IMG/VR virus record: IMGVR_UViG_3300042691_026427 | Location: 32,001 to 96,000 of that record | DNA length: 64,000 nucleotides | Source: a virus | Direction: 5' to 3' (one strand) | Shown here: piece by piece, positions 56,069-64,000 of the stretch | How the letters are laid out: each line of letters begins with the position of its first letter | Position numbering within the stretch: position 1 is the stretch's first letter | Notes under the pieces: model-generated | Told to the model about the DNA's origin: nothing | Databases searched by the model: none | The model's input: the letters and a program-made list of their open reading frames with translations, nothing else | Position numbers and translations under genes: made by a program

Positions 56069-59062
56069 TTATCGAGGTGTAATATCTTTTAATTGATAAG
56101 CGGTAAAGGATGCAGTTGTTACGGATCCAATTAACGGCTGTGTCAAATAAATTGTATAGTTTCCCGATGCATCGGGACCTGAATATGCAGCAGAAAGAGG
56201 ATCGGCTGGATCATAATTAGCAGTGATAGTATTAACATCAACTCCGTCACCTCTTACATCCATACCAGGCATAATTCCAATAGGATTAGCAGGAGTTGTA
56301 ACTGTAGTGGCTAATAAGTAAGAGTCGCCAGCAGTTCCAATTACAGGAAGATCAAATACAGGAGGAGTTATTTCTGCCATAACAAATACTGCTTGATTAA
56401 CATCATCAAAATATGTGTCGCCGGGGCGCAGTGAAGAATACGGATTAGCTACAAAGTCTGTATAGTTTGTAAAATGTTTTGGTGCTCGTCTGTCTTGGTG
56501 TATGCCTTCGTCACCTAGGTCAATTCCTATATTTTTAACCCATTCAACATAGCCACCTGGGTTTATTGTTATATTTGTAAATGTTACAGATGCTGTTACA
56601 GCAACATCTTGCCCAATAGAAATAGTAGAAGTAGTGCCGGAACCTGTATTAACAGAAACGCCAATCCCTCCTTCTATATTAGCCAACGAACTGCCGCCTG
56701 TACCCGGACTTCCTACATAACCAATTACGCCGGAACTACCGACAAAGCCGATACCTTCACTGCCAGTATAACCAAATGAACCTACAAATCCTTGACTACC
56801 ATTATAACCGAAACTACCAGTAAAACCCACGGGTCCTTCACTGCCAGTATATCCAATTGAACCTACAAATCCTATTGAACCTGTGTAGCCTTCACTACCA
56901 GTATATCCAATTGAACCTACAAATCCTATTGAACCTGTGTAGCCTTCACTACCAGTGTAACCAAATGAACCTACAAAACCTTCACTTCCAGTATATCCAA
57001 TCGAACCTACAAATCCTATTGATCCAGTATATCCAATCGAACCTGTCGACCCTACAAAACCTTCACTACCGGTATAGCCAAATGATCCAAAGTAGCCTAT
57101 TGATCCAGTATATCCAATTGAACCTGTTGAACCTACAAATCCTTCACTACCAGTGTAACCAAATGATCCAAAGTAGCCTATTGATCCAGTATCGCCTTTG
57201 TCGCCCTTCGGTCCTTTGATTTCTCCTACGTCTGACCAAGATGATCCTGTCCATACGTTTAGGTGCCCGTCGTCATTAGTAATATATCCATCGCCGATAT
57301 CTCCTGTATAGGGCAAAGGTAATAATGTGTAAGTTGATGTATTTCCAACGATAGTTACCGATGTGCCATCATTTCCTTTGCTACCAGTATAACCAAATGA
57401 TCCGGTATAGCCAAATGATCCTACAAAACCTTCACTACCAGTATAACCAAAACTACCAGTGTAACCAAATGATCCGGTATAGCCAAATGATCCTACAAAA
57501 CCTTCACTACCAGTATATCCAAAACTACCAGTATAGCCTATCGATCCAGTATAACCAAATGATCCGGTATAGCCAAATGATCCTACAAAACCTTCACTAC
57601 CAGTATAACCAAATGACCCAGTATAACCAAATGAACCAGTATAACCAAAGCTACCAGTGTAACCAAATGAACCTACATAACCTTCACTACCAGTAAAAGC
57701 TCGACTTCCAGTATAGCCAAATGATCCAGTATATCCAAATGATCCTGCATAGCCTTCACTTCCTGTGTAACCAAATGACCCAGTGTAACCAAATGATCCG
57801 GTATAGCCAAATGATCCTACAAAACCTTCACTACCTGTATAACTTTGACTACCAGTAAATCCAATGCTACCAGTAAATCCAATGCTACCAGTGTAACCAA
57901 ATGAACCTACATAACCTTCACTACCTATAAATCCTCGTGAACCAGTAAAACCCTGACTACCTGTAAATGCTCTACTACCGGTATAACCAATGCTACCAGT
58001 GTATCCAAATGAACCTACATAACCTTCACTACCTGTATAACTTTGACTACCAGTGTATCCAAATGAACCTGCATAGCCTTCACTACCAGTATAACCAAAT
58101 GAACCTACAAAACCGTCGCTACCAGTATAACCAAATGAACCTACAAAACCGTCGCTACCCTGAAAACCCTGACTTCCTACAAATCCCCTACTGCCAGCGA
58201 ATCCTCGACTGCCAGTGTATCCAAATGAACCTACATAACCTTCACTACCGGTGTAACTCTGGCTACCTGTAAAACCAATACTACCAGTATAACCTTCACT
58301 ACCAGTAAATCCGAAACTACCGGTATACCCAAATGAACCTACAAAACCTTCACTACCAGTGTAGCCTATACTACCAGTGAAACCTTCACTACCGGCGTAG
58401 CCTATACTGCCGGGGGCGCCTTCACTACCGGTATAACCAAATGAACCTACAAAACCTTCACTACCAGTGTAGCCTATACTACCAGTAAATCCAGTTTGTC
58501 CCACACTGCCCACATAGCCAATAATCTGACCTACGTTGACCCACTGCGAGCCATCCCATACATATAGATCTCCAGTGCTTTCTGCAATAAAACCATCAGA
58601 TTGAGAAGCGCCAGTTGGCAATCCACTAGGATTAGTAACTGTTCCTTGAATTGTAACCGATGCACCTGGGGCACCTGGTTCTCCTTTTAGACCTTGACTA
58701 CCAGTAAATCCAAAACTACCAGTATAACCTAAACCACCTAATTCTATTTGTTCCCAATTGGCATTAGCATTGGGCAAGTTACCGGTTGCTGTATTTCTAT
58801 ATTCACCTGGCAAAGAAACGTATTTGTAGTATTTTCCGCCTAAGAATGTTCTTCCGCTATTTGTATAACCAGTGACAACATAGACCAACATACCATCTTG
58901 CAGACGTTGTCCGGTTATGTTATGTAGTTGATCCCCAGAATTACCAGTTATAGAACGAAGAGAACCCCGTATTTCTGCATCTAATACGATGGGATGATTA
59001 CTAGTCGGGCTCCATGTGCCCGGCCAAGTATTTCTTGTTAAGCCGTCATAATTAGAAGTCAT
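56069..59062 (-). CDS. Fibre protein with G-[FY]-x-G-S-x repeats
   Basis: Repeat tract at about 56700-58735 interrupted by two G.L.VW.G..W..VG.I.G knob modules. Confidence 0.85.
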   Translation of the reverse strand: MTSNYDGLTRNTWPGTWSPTSNHPIVLDAEIRGSLRSITGNSGDQLHNITGQRLQDGMLVYVVTGYTNSGRTFLGGKYYKYVSLPGEYRNTATGNLPNANANWEQIELGGLGYTGSFGFTGSQGLKGEPGAPGASVTIQGTVTNPSGLPTGASQSDGFIAESTGDLYVWDGSQWVNVGQIIGYVGSVGQTGFTGSIGYTGSEGFVGSFGYTGSEGAPGSIGYAGSEGFTGSIGYTGSEGFVGSFGYTGSFGFTGSEGYTGSIGFTGSQSYTGSEGYVGSFGYTGSRGFAGSRGFVGSQGFQGSDGFVGSFGYTGSDGFVGSFGYTGSEGYAGSFGYTGSQSYTGSEGYVGSFGYTGSIGYTGSRAFTGSQGFTGSRGFIGSEGYVGSFGYTGSIGFTGSIGFTGSQSYTGSEGFVGSFGYTGSFGYTGSFGYTGSEGYAGSFGYTGSFGYTGSRAFTGSEGYVGSFGYTGSFGYTGSFGYTGSFGYTGSEGFVGSFGYTGSFGYTGSIGYTGSFGYTGSEGFVGSFGYTGSFGYTGSFGYTGSEGFVGSFGYTGSFGYTGSKGNDGTSVTIVGNTSTYTLLPLPYTGDIGDGYITNDDGHLNVWTGSSWSDVGEIKGPKGDKGDTGSIGYFGSFGYTGSEGFVGSTGSIGYTGSIGYFGSFGYTGSEGFVGSTGSIGYTGSIGFVGSIGYTGSEGFVGSFGYTGSEGYTGSIGFVGSIGYTGSEGYTGSIGFVGSIGYTGSEGPVGFTGSFGYNGSQGFVGSFGYTGSEGIGFVGSSGVIGYVGSPGTGGSSLANIEGGIGVSVNTGSGTTSTISIGQDVAVTASVTFTNITINPGGYVEWVKNIGIDLGDEGIHQDRRAPKHFTNYTDFVANPYSSLRPGDTYFDDVNQAVFVMAEITPPVFDLPVIGTAGDSYLLATTVTTPANPIGIMPGMDVRGDGVDVNTITANYDPADPLSAAYSGPDASGNYTIYLTQPLIGSVTTASFTAYQLKDITPR

Positions 59063-59063
59063 G

Positions 59064-60713
59064 TTATATTATACTAACGTATGTATTCCCTGGTTGTAAA
59101 ATAATACCATATAAATTATAAGTTTCCGAGACATAACCTACTGGTACAGAATCTGGTGTTAAAGACACTGTGCTGGTTGTTCTAGTCACGTCACTTAGTA
59201 ATGTAGAGCTTGCTCCTGTTTGAAACGATGTAGGCTGCGCAACTGAACTTCTAACACCCAACCAAAATACTCTAGGAACTAATGCAGTGTTATTAACAAA
59301 ACTGGCAAAGTTTTTTACTTGATTTCCTAATATTGTTACTCCTGCTGCAAATGTTGATCCTGTTACTATATTTGTTCTCAACGGCGGCTGTGCAGATGAA
59401 TCAGTCCATACCCAAAAACTAGGATAGGTAAATGCCATTGTCAGTGCTAGATCATTAGCCGATGCCTGTGCATTATATGCAATTCCAGTAACGGCTGCTG
59501 GTCTAGTAAATGTTGCAACAACAGCTACTGATACACTGTTGCCTGCACTGTTTTTATGTAGGGGCGCAGAAAATAGTAAACTTCCATTACCAATTAGATT
59601 ACTAGGAGTTCCGCCAACGCTGGTAACAGCTAACGTATAATTTGACGATGAAGATATTCCTGTTACGGATATTGCATAATTTGTTTGAGTATAATTCTGT
59701 AGGAAATTATTTCCAGTAAGATCAGACATACTAATTGATATCGAAGGAGTAGCCCATGCAACTGTTGCAGTTACTATGCTATCGATGTATTCTGTTTCTG
59801 TTGGAGAATTACTTGATCTAAAGTTAAAATGTATATTTGCAGAAGCAGTGCCGCCGCTTAATGAAGAACTTGTTGATCTAATTACTGCGGTGCCGTTTGT
59901 ATTAAAAATTTGAGACCACGAAATTCCAGCAGCTGGAGAAACACTAGGTCCTGTAGTGGTATAACTGGCAGCGGTAACTGTTACAGTTCCTGACAATTGT
60001 GTTAAACGTCTTACTGAAGAAATCCATTGATCCAAAAAGTCTGTTGGATTAGTTACATTTACGGTAAATCCAGTGCAGGGCACATCCCAATTCAATGCAT
60101 TGGATGGTAGTATACTGCCCGTTAACGTAGGAGTAAATCCTGCTAGATTCAATATAAACGAACCGTTGATTAATTGTGTTTCACGGACGGTATAAGAAAT
60201 TCCACCAGGGTCTACATAGCCAGTTAGTAGTCGTCTTGTACCTGTAGAAGTCCATACTAAATTGTTAGTACTAGTGCTAATTCCAGCAGAACCAGTATAA
60301 CCTATCGATCCTTGACTGCCTGTAAACCCGACAATAACTGTAGAAGTCCCGGTGGTAATAACAGTGGTGCCGCCGCCAACAGGATTTCCATTGATAAACA
60401 GTGTACCTGTATTAGAAATGGTAACAGTATTTCCACCAACAAAAAAAGTACTAGAACTTAAATGTAGAGTTCTCCATCTATTAGTAGGACTGCCTAAATT
60501 ATAGGTGTTGTCAATTCCCGGGAGAAAATTGTTGAATACTGTAGAAGAAGTAGCTGCGCCCGAAAAATTCAGCGGAATTCCGCCGGGAGTAATGCCATCT
60601 CCGATGCGTAATACACCTGTTTCGTCGTAAAAAAGCAGGTCTTTGTCGCCTACATACGCAGATGCAGCAACATTTGATACCCTACCAGCTTGTATTTTTA
60701 AGAGAGACGACAC
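59064..60713 (-). CDS. S/T-rich virion structural protein
   Basis: LRIGDG.TPGG and P...NTYNLGSP..RW..L motifs typical of phage fibre proteins. GTG start with AAGGT SD. Confidence 0.75.
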   Translation of the reverse strand: MSSLLKIQAGRVSNVAASAYVGDKDLLFYDETGVLRIGDGITPGGIPLNFSGAATSSTVFNNFLPGIDNTYNLGSPTNRWRTLHLSSSTFFVGGNTVTISNTGTLFINGNPVGGGTTVITTGTSTVIVGFTGSQGSIGYTGSAGISTSTNNLVWTSTGTRRLLTGYVDPGGISYTVRETQLINGSFILNLAGFTPTLTGSILPSNALNWDVPCTGFTVNVTNPTDFLDQWISSVRRLTQLSGTVTVTAASYTTTGPSVSPAAGISWSQIFNTNGTAVIRSTSSSLSGGTASANIHFNFRSSNSPTETEYIDSIVTATVAWATPSISISMSDLTGNNFLQNYTQTNYAISVTGISSSSNYTLAVTSVGGTPSNLIGNGSLLFSAPLHKNSAGNSVSVAVVATFTRPAAVTGIAYNAQASANDLALTMAFTYPSFWVWTDSSAQPPLRTNIVTGSTFAAGVTILGNQVKNFASFVNNTALVPRVFWLGVRSSVAQPTSFQTGASSTLLSDVTRTTSTVSLTPDSVPVGYVSETYNLYGIILQPGNTYVSII

Positions 60714-60754
60714 GTTAAAGACCTTACTTTAACATATTTACCGAGAAACGGTTT

Positions 60755-61102
60755 TTAAGATTTTCGAGCTTCAACCAAACGATTATATTCTGCAGAAAGT
60801 TCTTCAAAATCTTCCGAAATGTCAAATTCTGTTCTTTCATTAGTATTTTCGTTTGATGCTGCGCCATTGTCGTCTAAAATCTGGTTGATTACGGCACTAC
60901 GTTTGCCGGATTTATGTTTTTCTAATTCTAAAGATTGCTGTAACGGAGAAACAAACACTGGTTGATCTGGTAGATCCTCCGGGTTGATAGGATCAGTAGA
61001 CACAACCGGATCACCACTACCGTTAGGAATTGTAATGTTTATAGGTATATTGATAGTGACGGTTCTACTGTCAGCTTCGGATAGAAATTCTTTTGCTCTC
61101 AT
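60755..61102 (-). CDS. Hypothetical protein, internal-head-type N-terminus
   Basis: MRAKEFLSEA start and FVSPLQQ.LEL.K motif. TAAATA 5 nt upstream. Confidence 0.75.
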   Translation of the reverse strand: MRAKEFLSEADSRTVTINIPINITIPNGSGDPVVSTDPINPEDLPDQPVFVSPLQQSLELEKHKSGKRSAVINQILDDNGAASNENTNERTEFDISEDFEELSAEYNRLVEARKS

Positions 61103-61215
61103 AATAATATTTATCGTTGTGCGTTAGCTGTTTATAATTAAGATATGTTAGTAAAACTCATTCTACGGTCACTCTCTTTTAACTATTTAGCTAGTTTTCT
61201 GTTAATAAATATCCC

Positions 61216-61674
61216 ATGGACAATATACACAAAGATCAAGAGTATTGGTCCAATTTAACTTGGCCGGCGGCTCCTAATAATAGTGACTATGCGGTATTTG
61301 AGCACTATTGCAAAGGTAGTGTACTACTTTTAGGCAGTACACAACTGCTATTAACGTTAGCAGATGAAGCATGGGATTTAGAGCCCAAGTACTCTAACCC
61401 TAAGATTAAGAATCGTGATTGGTTTACGCTAGACGAACACTGGGATACTGTTATTATTGATGGCGGATTAGCATTGGGCAAAGAGTTTACAGAACGTGTG
61501 CTCTCCGCAATATTACCAAACTGCGATAGATTTGTTGCCCGTGCTTTCTTAAATCCTAACTGGCCCACAAAGTACGCCTGCTATTTCCCCCGTGCTGAAG
61601 AACTAACACCACAACCTACGGAACACCCTATTAACGAGGTATATACATTTTACATATGGAATCAAAACCAATAA
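61216..61674 (+). CDS. Hypothetical protein, possible degenerate SAM-methyltransferase fold
   Basis: VLLLGST...WD...DWF...D.VI.DG pattern. TAAATA 4 nt upstream. Confidence 0.55.
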   Translation: MDNIHKDQEYWSNLTWPAAPNNSDYAVFEHYCKGSVLLLGSTQLLLTLADEAWDLEPKYSNPKIKNRDWFTLDEHWDTVIIDGGLALGKEFTERVLSAILPNCDRFVARAFLNPNWPTKYACYFPRAEELTPQPTEHPINEVYTFYIWNQNQ

Positions 61675-62252
61675 TATTAGCCATGTACTCAGGTGGGTTA
61701 GACAGTTTAGGCATGGTCTACAAGCTACTAGCTGATCCTGCGTATAAGGACTACAGTATCCATATCCATCATATACACAATCGTAATATAGAAAATAGGG
61801 ATCGTGCTGAAGCCGTAGTAGTAGAATTAGTATTAAAAGAACTCAGACGATTAAGTTTTAATTTTGTTTATAGTGAAAGCCAAATAGCATCACAACCCTA
61901 CAATGGCAAGTTTCTGTTTGACTCAGATACAATCAACTTCTTTGCTGGATATATTTGCAGTGTCAATCCCAGTATAGTAAATGTTGCTATGGGTATGCAG
62001 GCCAATGATGCTAATCAATCACTGGAACTACGGCGAAAACGTGCTGATGCTATACTTGCAGCATTTACAACAGTTAAAAAGATTTTCCCTGTGTTAGAAA
62101 TGACAAAGCGTGAAATACAGGACAGTTTACCAGACTCACTTAAAAAAATGTTCTGGAGTTGTCGCCGTCCCGTGTACACAGAAAAAAATATCGCACCTTG
62201 TGGACAGTGCGATACTTGTGTTAAATTACGAGACCAGGGTATAATTACTTGA
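61656..62252 (+). CDS. QueC-like PP-loop ATP pyrophosphatase
   Basis: SGGLDS PP-loop, P....TK and WSC...CGQCDTC zinc site. Lacks the usual QueC YGQ and VP.RN motifs. Confidence 0.75.
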   Translation: MESKPIILAMYSGGLDSLGMVYKLLADPAYKDYSIHIHHIHNRNIENRDRAEAVVVELVLKELRRLSFNFVYSESQIASQPYNGKFLFDSDTINFFAGYICSVNPSIVNVAMGMQANDANQSLELRRKRADAILAAFTTVKKIFPVLEMTKREIQDSLPDSLKKMFWSCRRPVYTEKNIAPCGQCDTCVKLRDQGIIT

Positions 62253-62694
62253 AATTAAATGCTACAGTAATTCTGTAGTCGTTACTTCTATTCTGCTGTA
62301 CTCTGTGTGCTAGGTTACCAGGAAATTGAATTAAATCTCCCACAGTGGGCATGAATATTTGATATTCTTCATACTTGCGAAACTCTATGCCACCTGAGTT
62401 CTCAGGAACCTGTACATACAGCACACCAGAATGTTGATACGGACCATGATCGTGCCAACGATATTCGTCGCCTTGTTGACCGCAATTAAACCACCATTGA
62501 TCTATTCTTAATGGTGCCACTGCTGCTACCACACGATCAAATGTCTGTTGAAACCACGGATAAGGATTATTTCGCATACGCTGGCCGTGCCAGGTACCAA
62601 ACTTTCCTCCACGACCGCGATCTAGTTCTTTAAACAACTTAATCACCTCTGAGGCTACATTAGGGTCTACATCAATACAACTCTCACTGTACAT
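62245..62694 (-). CDS. 2OG-Fe(II) oxygenase (TIGR02466-like)
   Basis: W.N, HDH, SGVLYV.VP..SG.I.F and FP..L.H.V..N....RI.VAFN. Confidence 0.85.
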   Translation of the reverse strand: MYSESCIDVDPNVASEVIKLFKELDRGRGGKFGTWHGQRMRNNPYPWFQQTFDRVVAAVAPLRIDQWWFNCGQQGDEYRWHDHGPYQHSGVLYVQVPENSGGIEFRKYEEYQIFMPTVGDLIQFPGNLAHRVQQNRSNDYRITVAFNFK

Positions 62695-62697
62695 TGA

Positions 62698-63423
62698 TTA
62701 AACACCGTAGGCAGTTTGTAGTGTTGCGTAAGCAGCAAGCACGCCAAATTCATCTAACCCGTAATCATGGACTCTAACATAATAATAAGTGCCATTGCAA
62801 GGATCGGTGGCACCTACGCCATTGTTGCCGTGTCTGGAACCAATAAACAGGTTGCTAGTAGCAGTGTCGATCGGTGCTACATACCCCGAACTAACTGTAA
62901 GTTGAACACCGTTTCTATAGACGGCCATAACTCCGCCTATGTTGGTAAATGCCCAGTGTGCCCTAGTTGATAAAGTAATGTTTGGAGTGGTTAGATCAAC
63001 GCCCGCTGTACCCGAAGGTGATCCAACTTGTAGATCCATAGAACCACTAAGATAAGCCAAATAGCCCAAACTGCCATCGTAAACCTCATTGCCCCACAAT
63101 GCTGCCCAGTAACTGGTAGGAACTAAACTACAGACCATGTCAACAGTCCAATTGCCTCGGTTTAGATTAACAGGAATATCAATATATCCCGAGTTTGTTA
63201 ATATACCGTTGACTCCGCCCGAGGCGTTAACGCTCCAGCCAGATGATATAGTTGCGTCACTACCAATACCGGCAAGCCAAGTACTGCCACTTGTTGGAAC
63301 AGTACTTGATTCCCAAACAACACTAGAACCCGGTGTTCCTGATTCAGAACCACCGCCGCCACCGCCGCCACCGCCTCCACCGCCAGTGGTATTGCTGGTT
63401 AATAATATCTGTGTAATAGGCAT
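62698..63423 (-). CDS. LamG/ConA-like lectin-domain structural protein
   Basis: Poly-Gly linker, then HWAFT...VYRNG...LFIG.R....VH.Y.L. Confidence 0.75.
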   Translation of the reverse strand: MPITQILLTSNTTGGGGGGGGGGGGSESGTPGSSVVWESSTVPTSGSTWLAGIGSDATISSGWSVNASGGVNGILTNSGYIDIPVNLNRGNWTVDMVCSLVPTSYWAALWGNEVYDGSLGYLAYLSGSMDLQVGSPSGTAGVDLTTPNITLSTRAHWAFTNIGGVMAVYRNGVQLTVSSGYVAPIDTATSNLFIGSRHGNNGVGATDPCNGTYYYVRVHDYGLDEFGVLAAYATLQTAYGV

Positions 63424-63432
63424 TGTGTTTCC

Positions 63433-64000
63433 TTAATCTACTGAAACATTACCAGTCATAAACCAAGTTGAATTATCCACCTTGATCAATGTGGCCATAC
63501 CTGGGTTGGCAAGATCCCAATAGGTTGCAGTATCCACTCCCGGAACTATGATGTTGATAGTTCCGAAACCATCACCGTCAATTGACACTGTGCCGCCACT
63601 GTTGTTGATGATTACCACTGTGAATCCAATTGGTAATGGAACATCTTCATGGTATGGTACAGCAATTCTAGTTTCGTTATCGGTAATGTAGATATGCTTA
63701 CCCATATCTTCTAGACTGAGTCTATGATCCGCACCATTGAAAATTGCTCGTTGTGGAATCTGCTGTGCTGAGCTAGTCTGACGAGTACCATCTGCAAATT
63801 CAATAGCACCACCATCACGATCACGGATCTCTGACAAGGTATGATAATGATTATCGCCATTGCTAGGATCCCACCAGTTTGATTCAAAGTCCGGATTCCA
63901 AGTTTCAAATTCACCTGTGCCAATGTTAGGTGTAAATGCTGTAGCTCTTGTTGAGTTAATCTTGTCCACATCATAGGCATCCATCATTACAGTCCAAGCA
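63433..64000 (-). CDS. Tail-fibre-like protein, C-terminal part (5' end outside the window)
   Basis: I.FADGT.Q.SA and a C-terminal P.G..V..IN...ATLIKV....WF..G domain. The frame is open to the window edge. Confidence 0.7.
   Translation of the reverse strand, partial: AWTVMMDAYDVDKINSTRATAFTPNIGTGEFETWNPDFESNWWDPSNGDNHYHTLSEIRDRDGGAIEFADGTRQTSSAQQIPQRAIFNGADHRLSLEDMGKHIYITDNETRIAVPYHEDVPLPIGFTVVIINNSGGTVSIDGDGFGTINIIVPGVDTATYWDLANPGMATLIKVDNSTWFMTGNVSVD

Noticed and set aside
42975-58735. 18-nt periodic DNA as a CRISPR array or non-coding satellite, and the alternative-frame ORFs (LLVVKV- and YQYNQM-rich)
   Set aside because: Variation concentrates at synonymous positions of one long open frame. 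The other ORFs are frame shadows of the coding repeat.
61114-61189. Extra TAAATA followed by a 7-codon ORF (MSFTNIS) on the minus strand
   Set aside because: It is too short and AT-rich to distinguish from chance, and could simply be a second promoter for 60755..61102.
1-64000. Stop-codon reassignment as in some large phages
   Set aside because: Recognisable genes are full length and tightly packed under the standard code.

Overview
This 64-kb window comes from a large, AT-rich dsDNA tailed phage (T4-like/jumbo type, standard genetic code). Almost all genes are on the minus strand. The left part (1-21 kb) holds metabolic and host-takeover genes: a metallophosphoesterase, a DUF2828 (TROVE/Ro60-related, vWA) protein, a DEDDh exonuclease, ribosomal protein bS21, ClpX, glutaredoxin, class Ia ribonucleotide reductase (nrdA/nrdB) with an Fe/Mn-SOD and a class II aldolase between the two subunits, and a PD-(D/E)XK nuclease. 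The middle (21-35 kb) holds probable head/internal proteins sharing an M-[RK]-x-x-[ED]-[FILV] N-terminal tag, a four-domain glycosyltransferase, a secreted thermonuclease and a tandem 2OG-Fe(II) oxygenase. The right part (36-64 kb) is a fibre/adhesin cluster, including a 4472-aa protein with Ig-like repeats and hundreds of proline-free G-[FY]-x-G-S-x repeats. The most notable unexplained element is a sigma70-driven tandem array of three non-coding units directly upstream of the DUF2828 gene. Each unit has a covarying terminal stem, a fixed CAGCA motif and a variable hairpin-rich interior, which suggests a Y-RNA-like/Ro-like ribonucleoprotein system. Other notable signals are a second structured, possibly pseudoknotted RNA at about 27.0-27.1 kb, many leaderless promoter-to-start arrangements, two promoter-embedded hairpins that hide Shine-Dalgarno sites, and a likely fibre-glycosylation system. 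All calls come from reading motifs by eye; no database searches were run.
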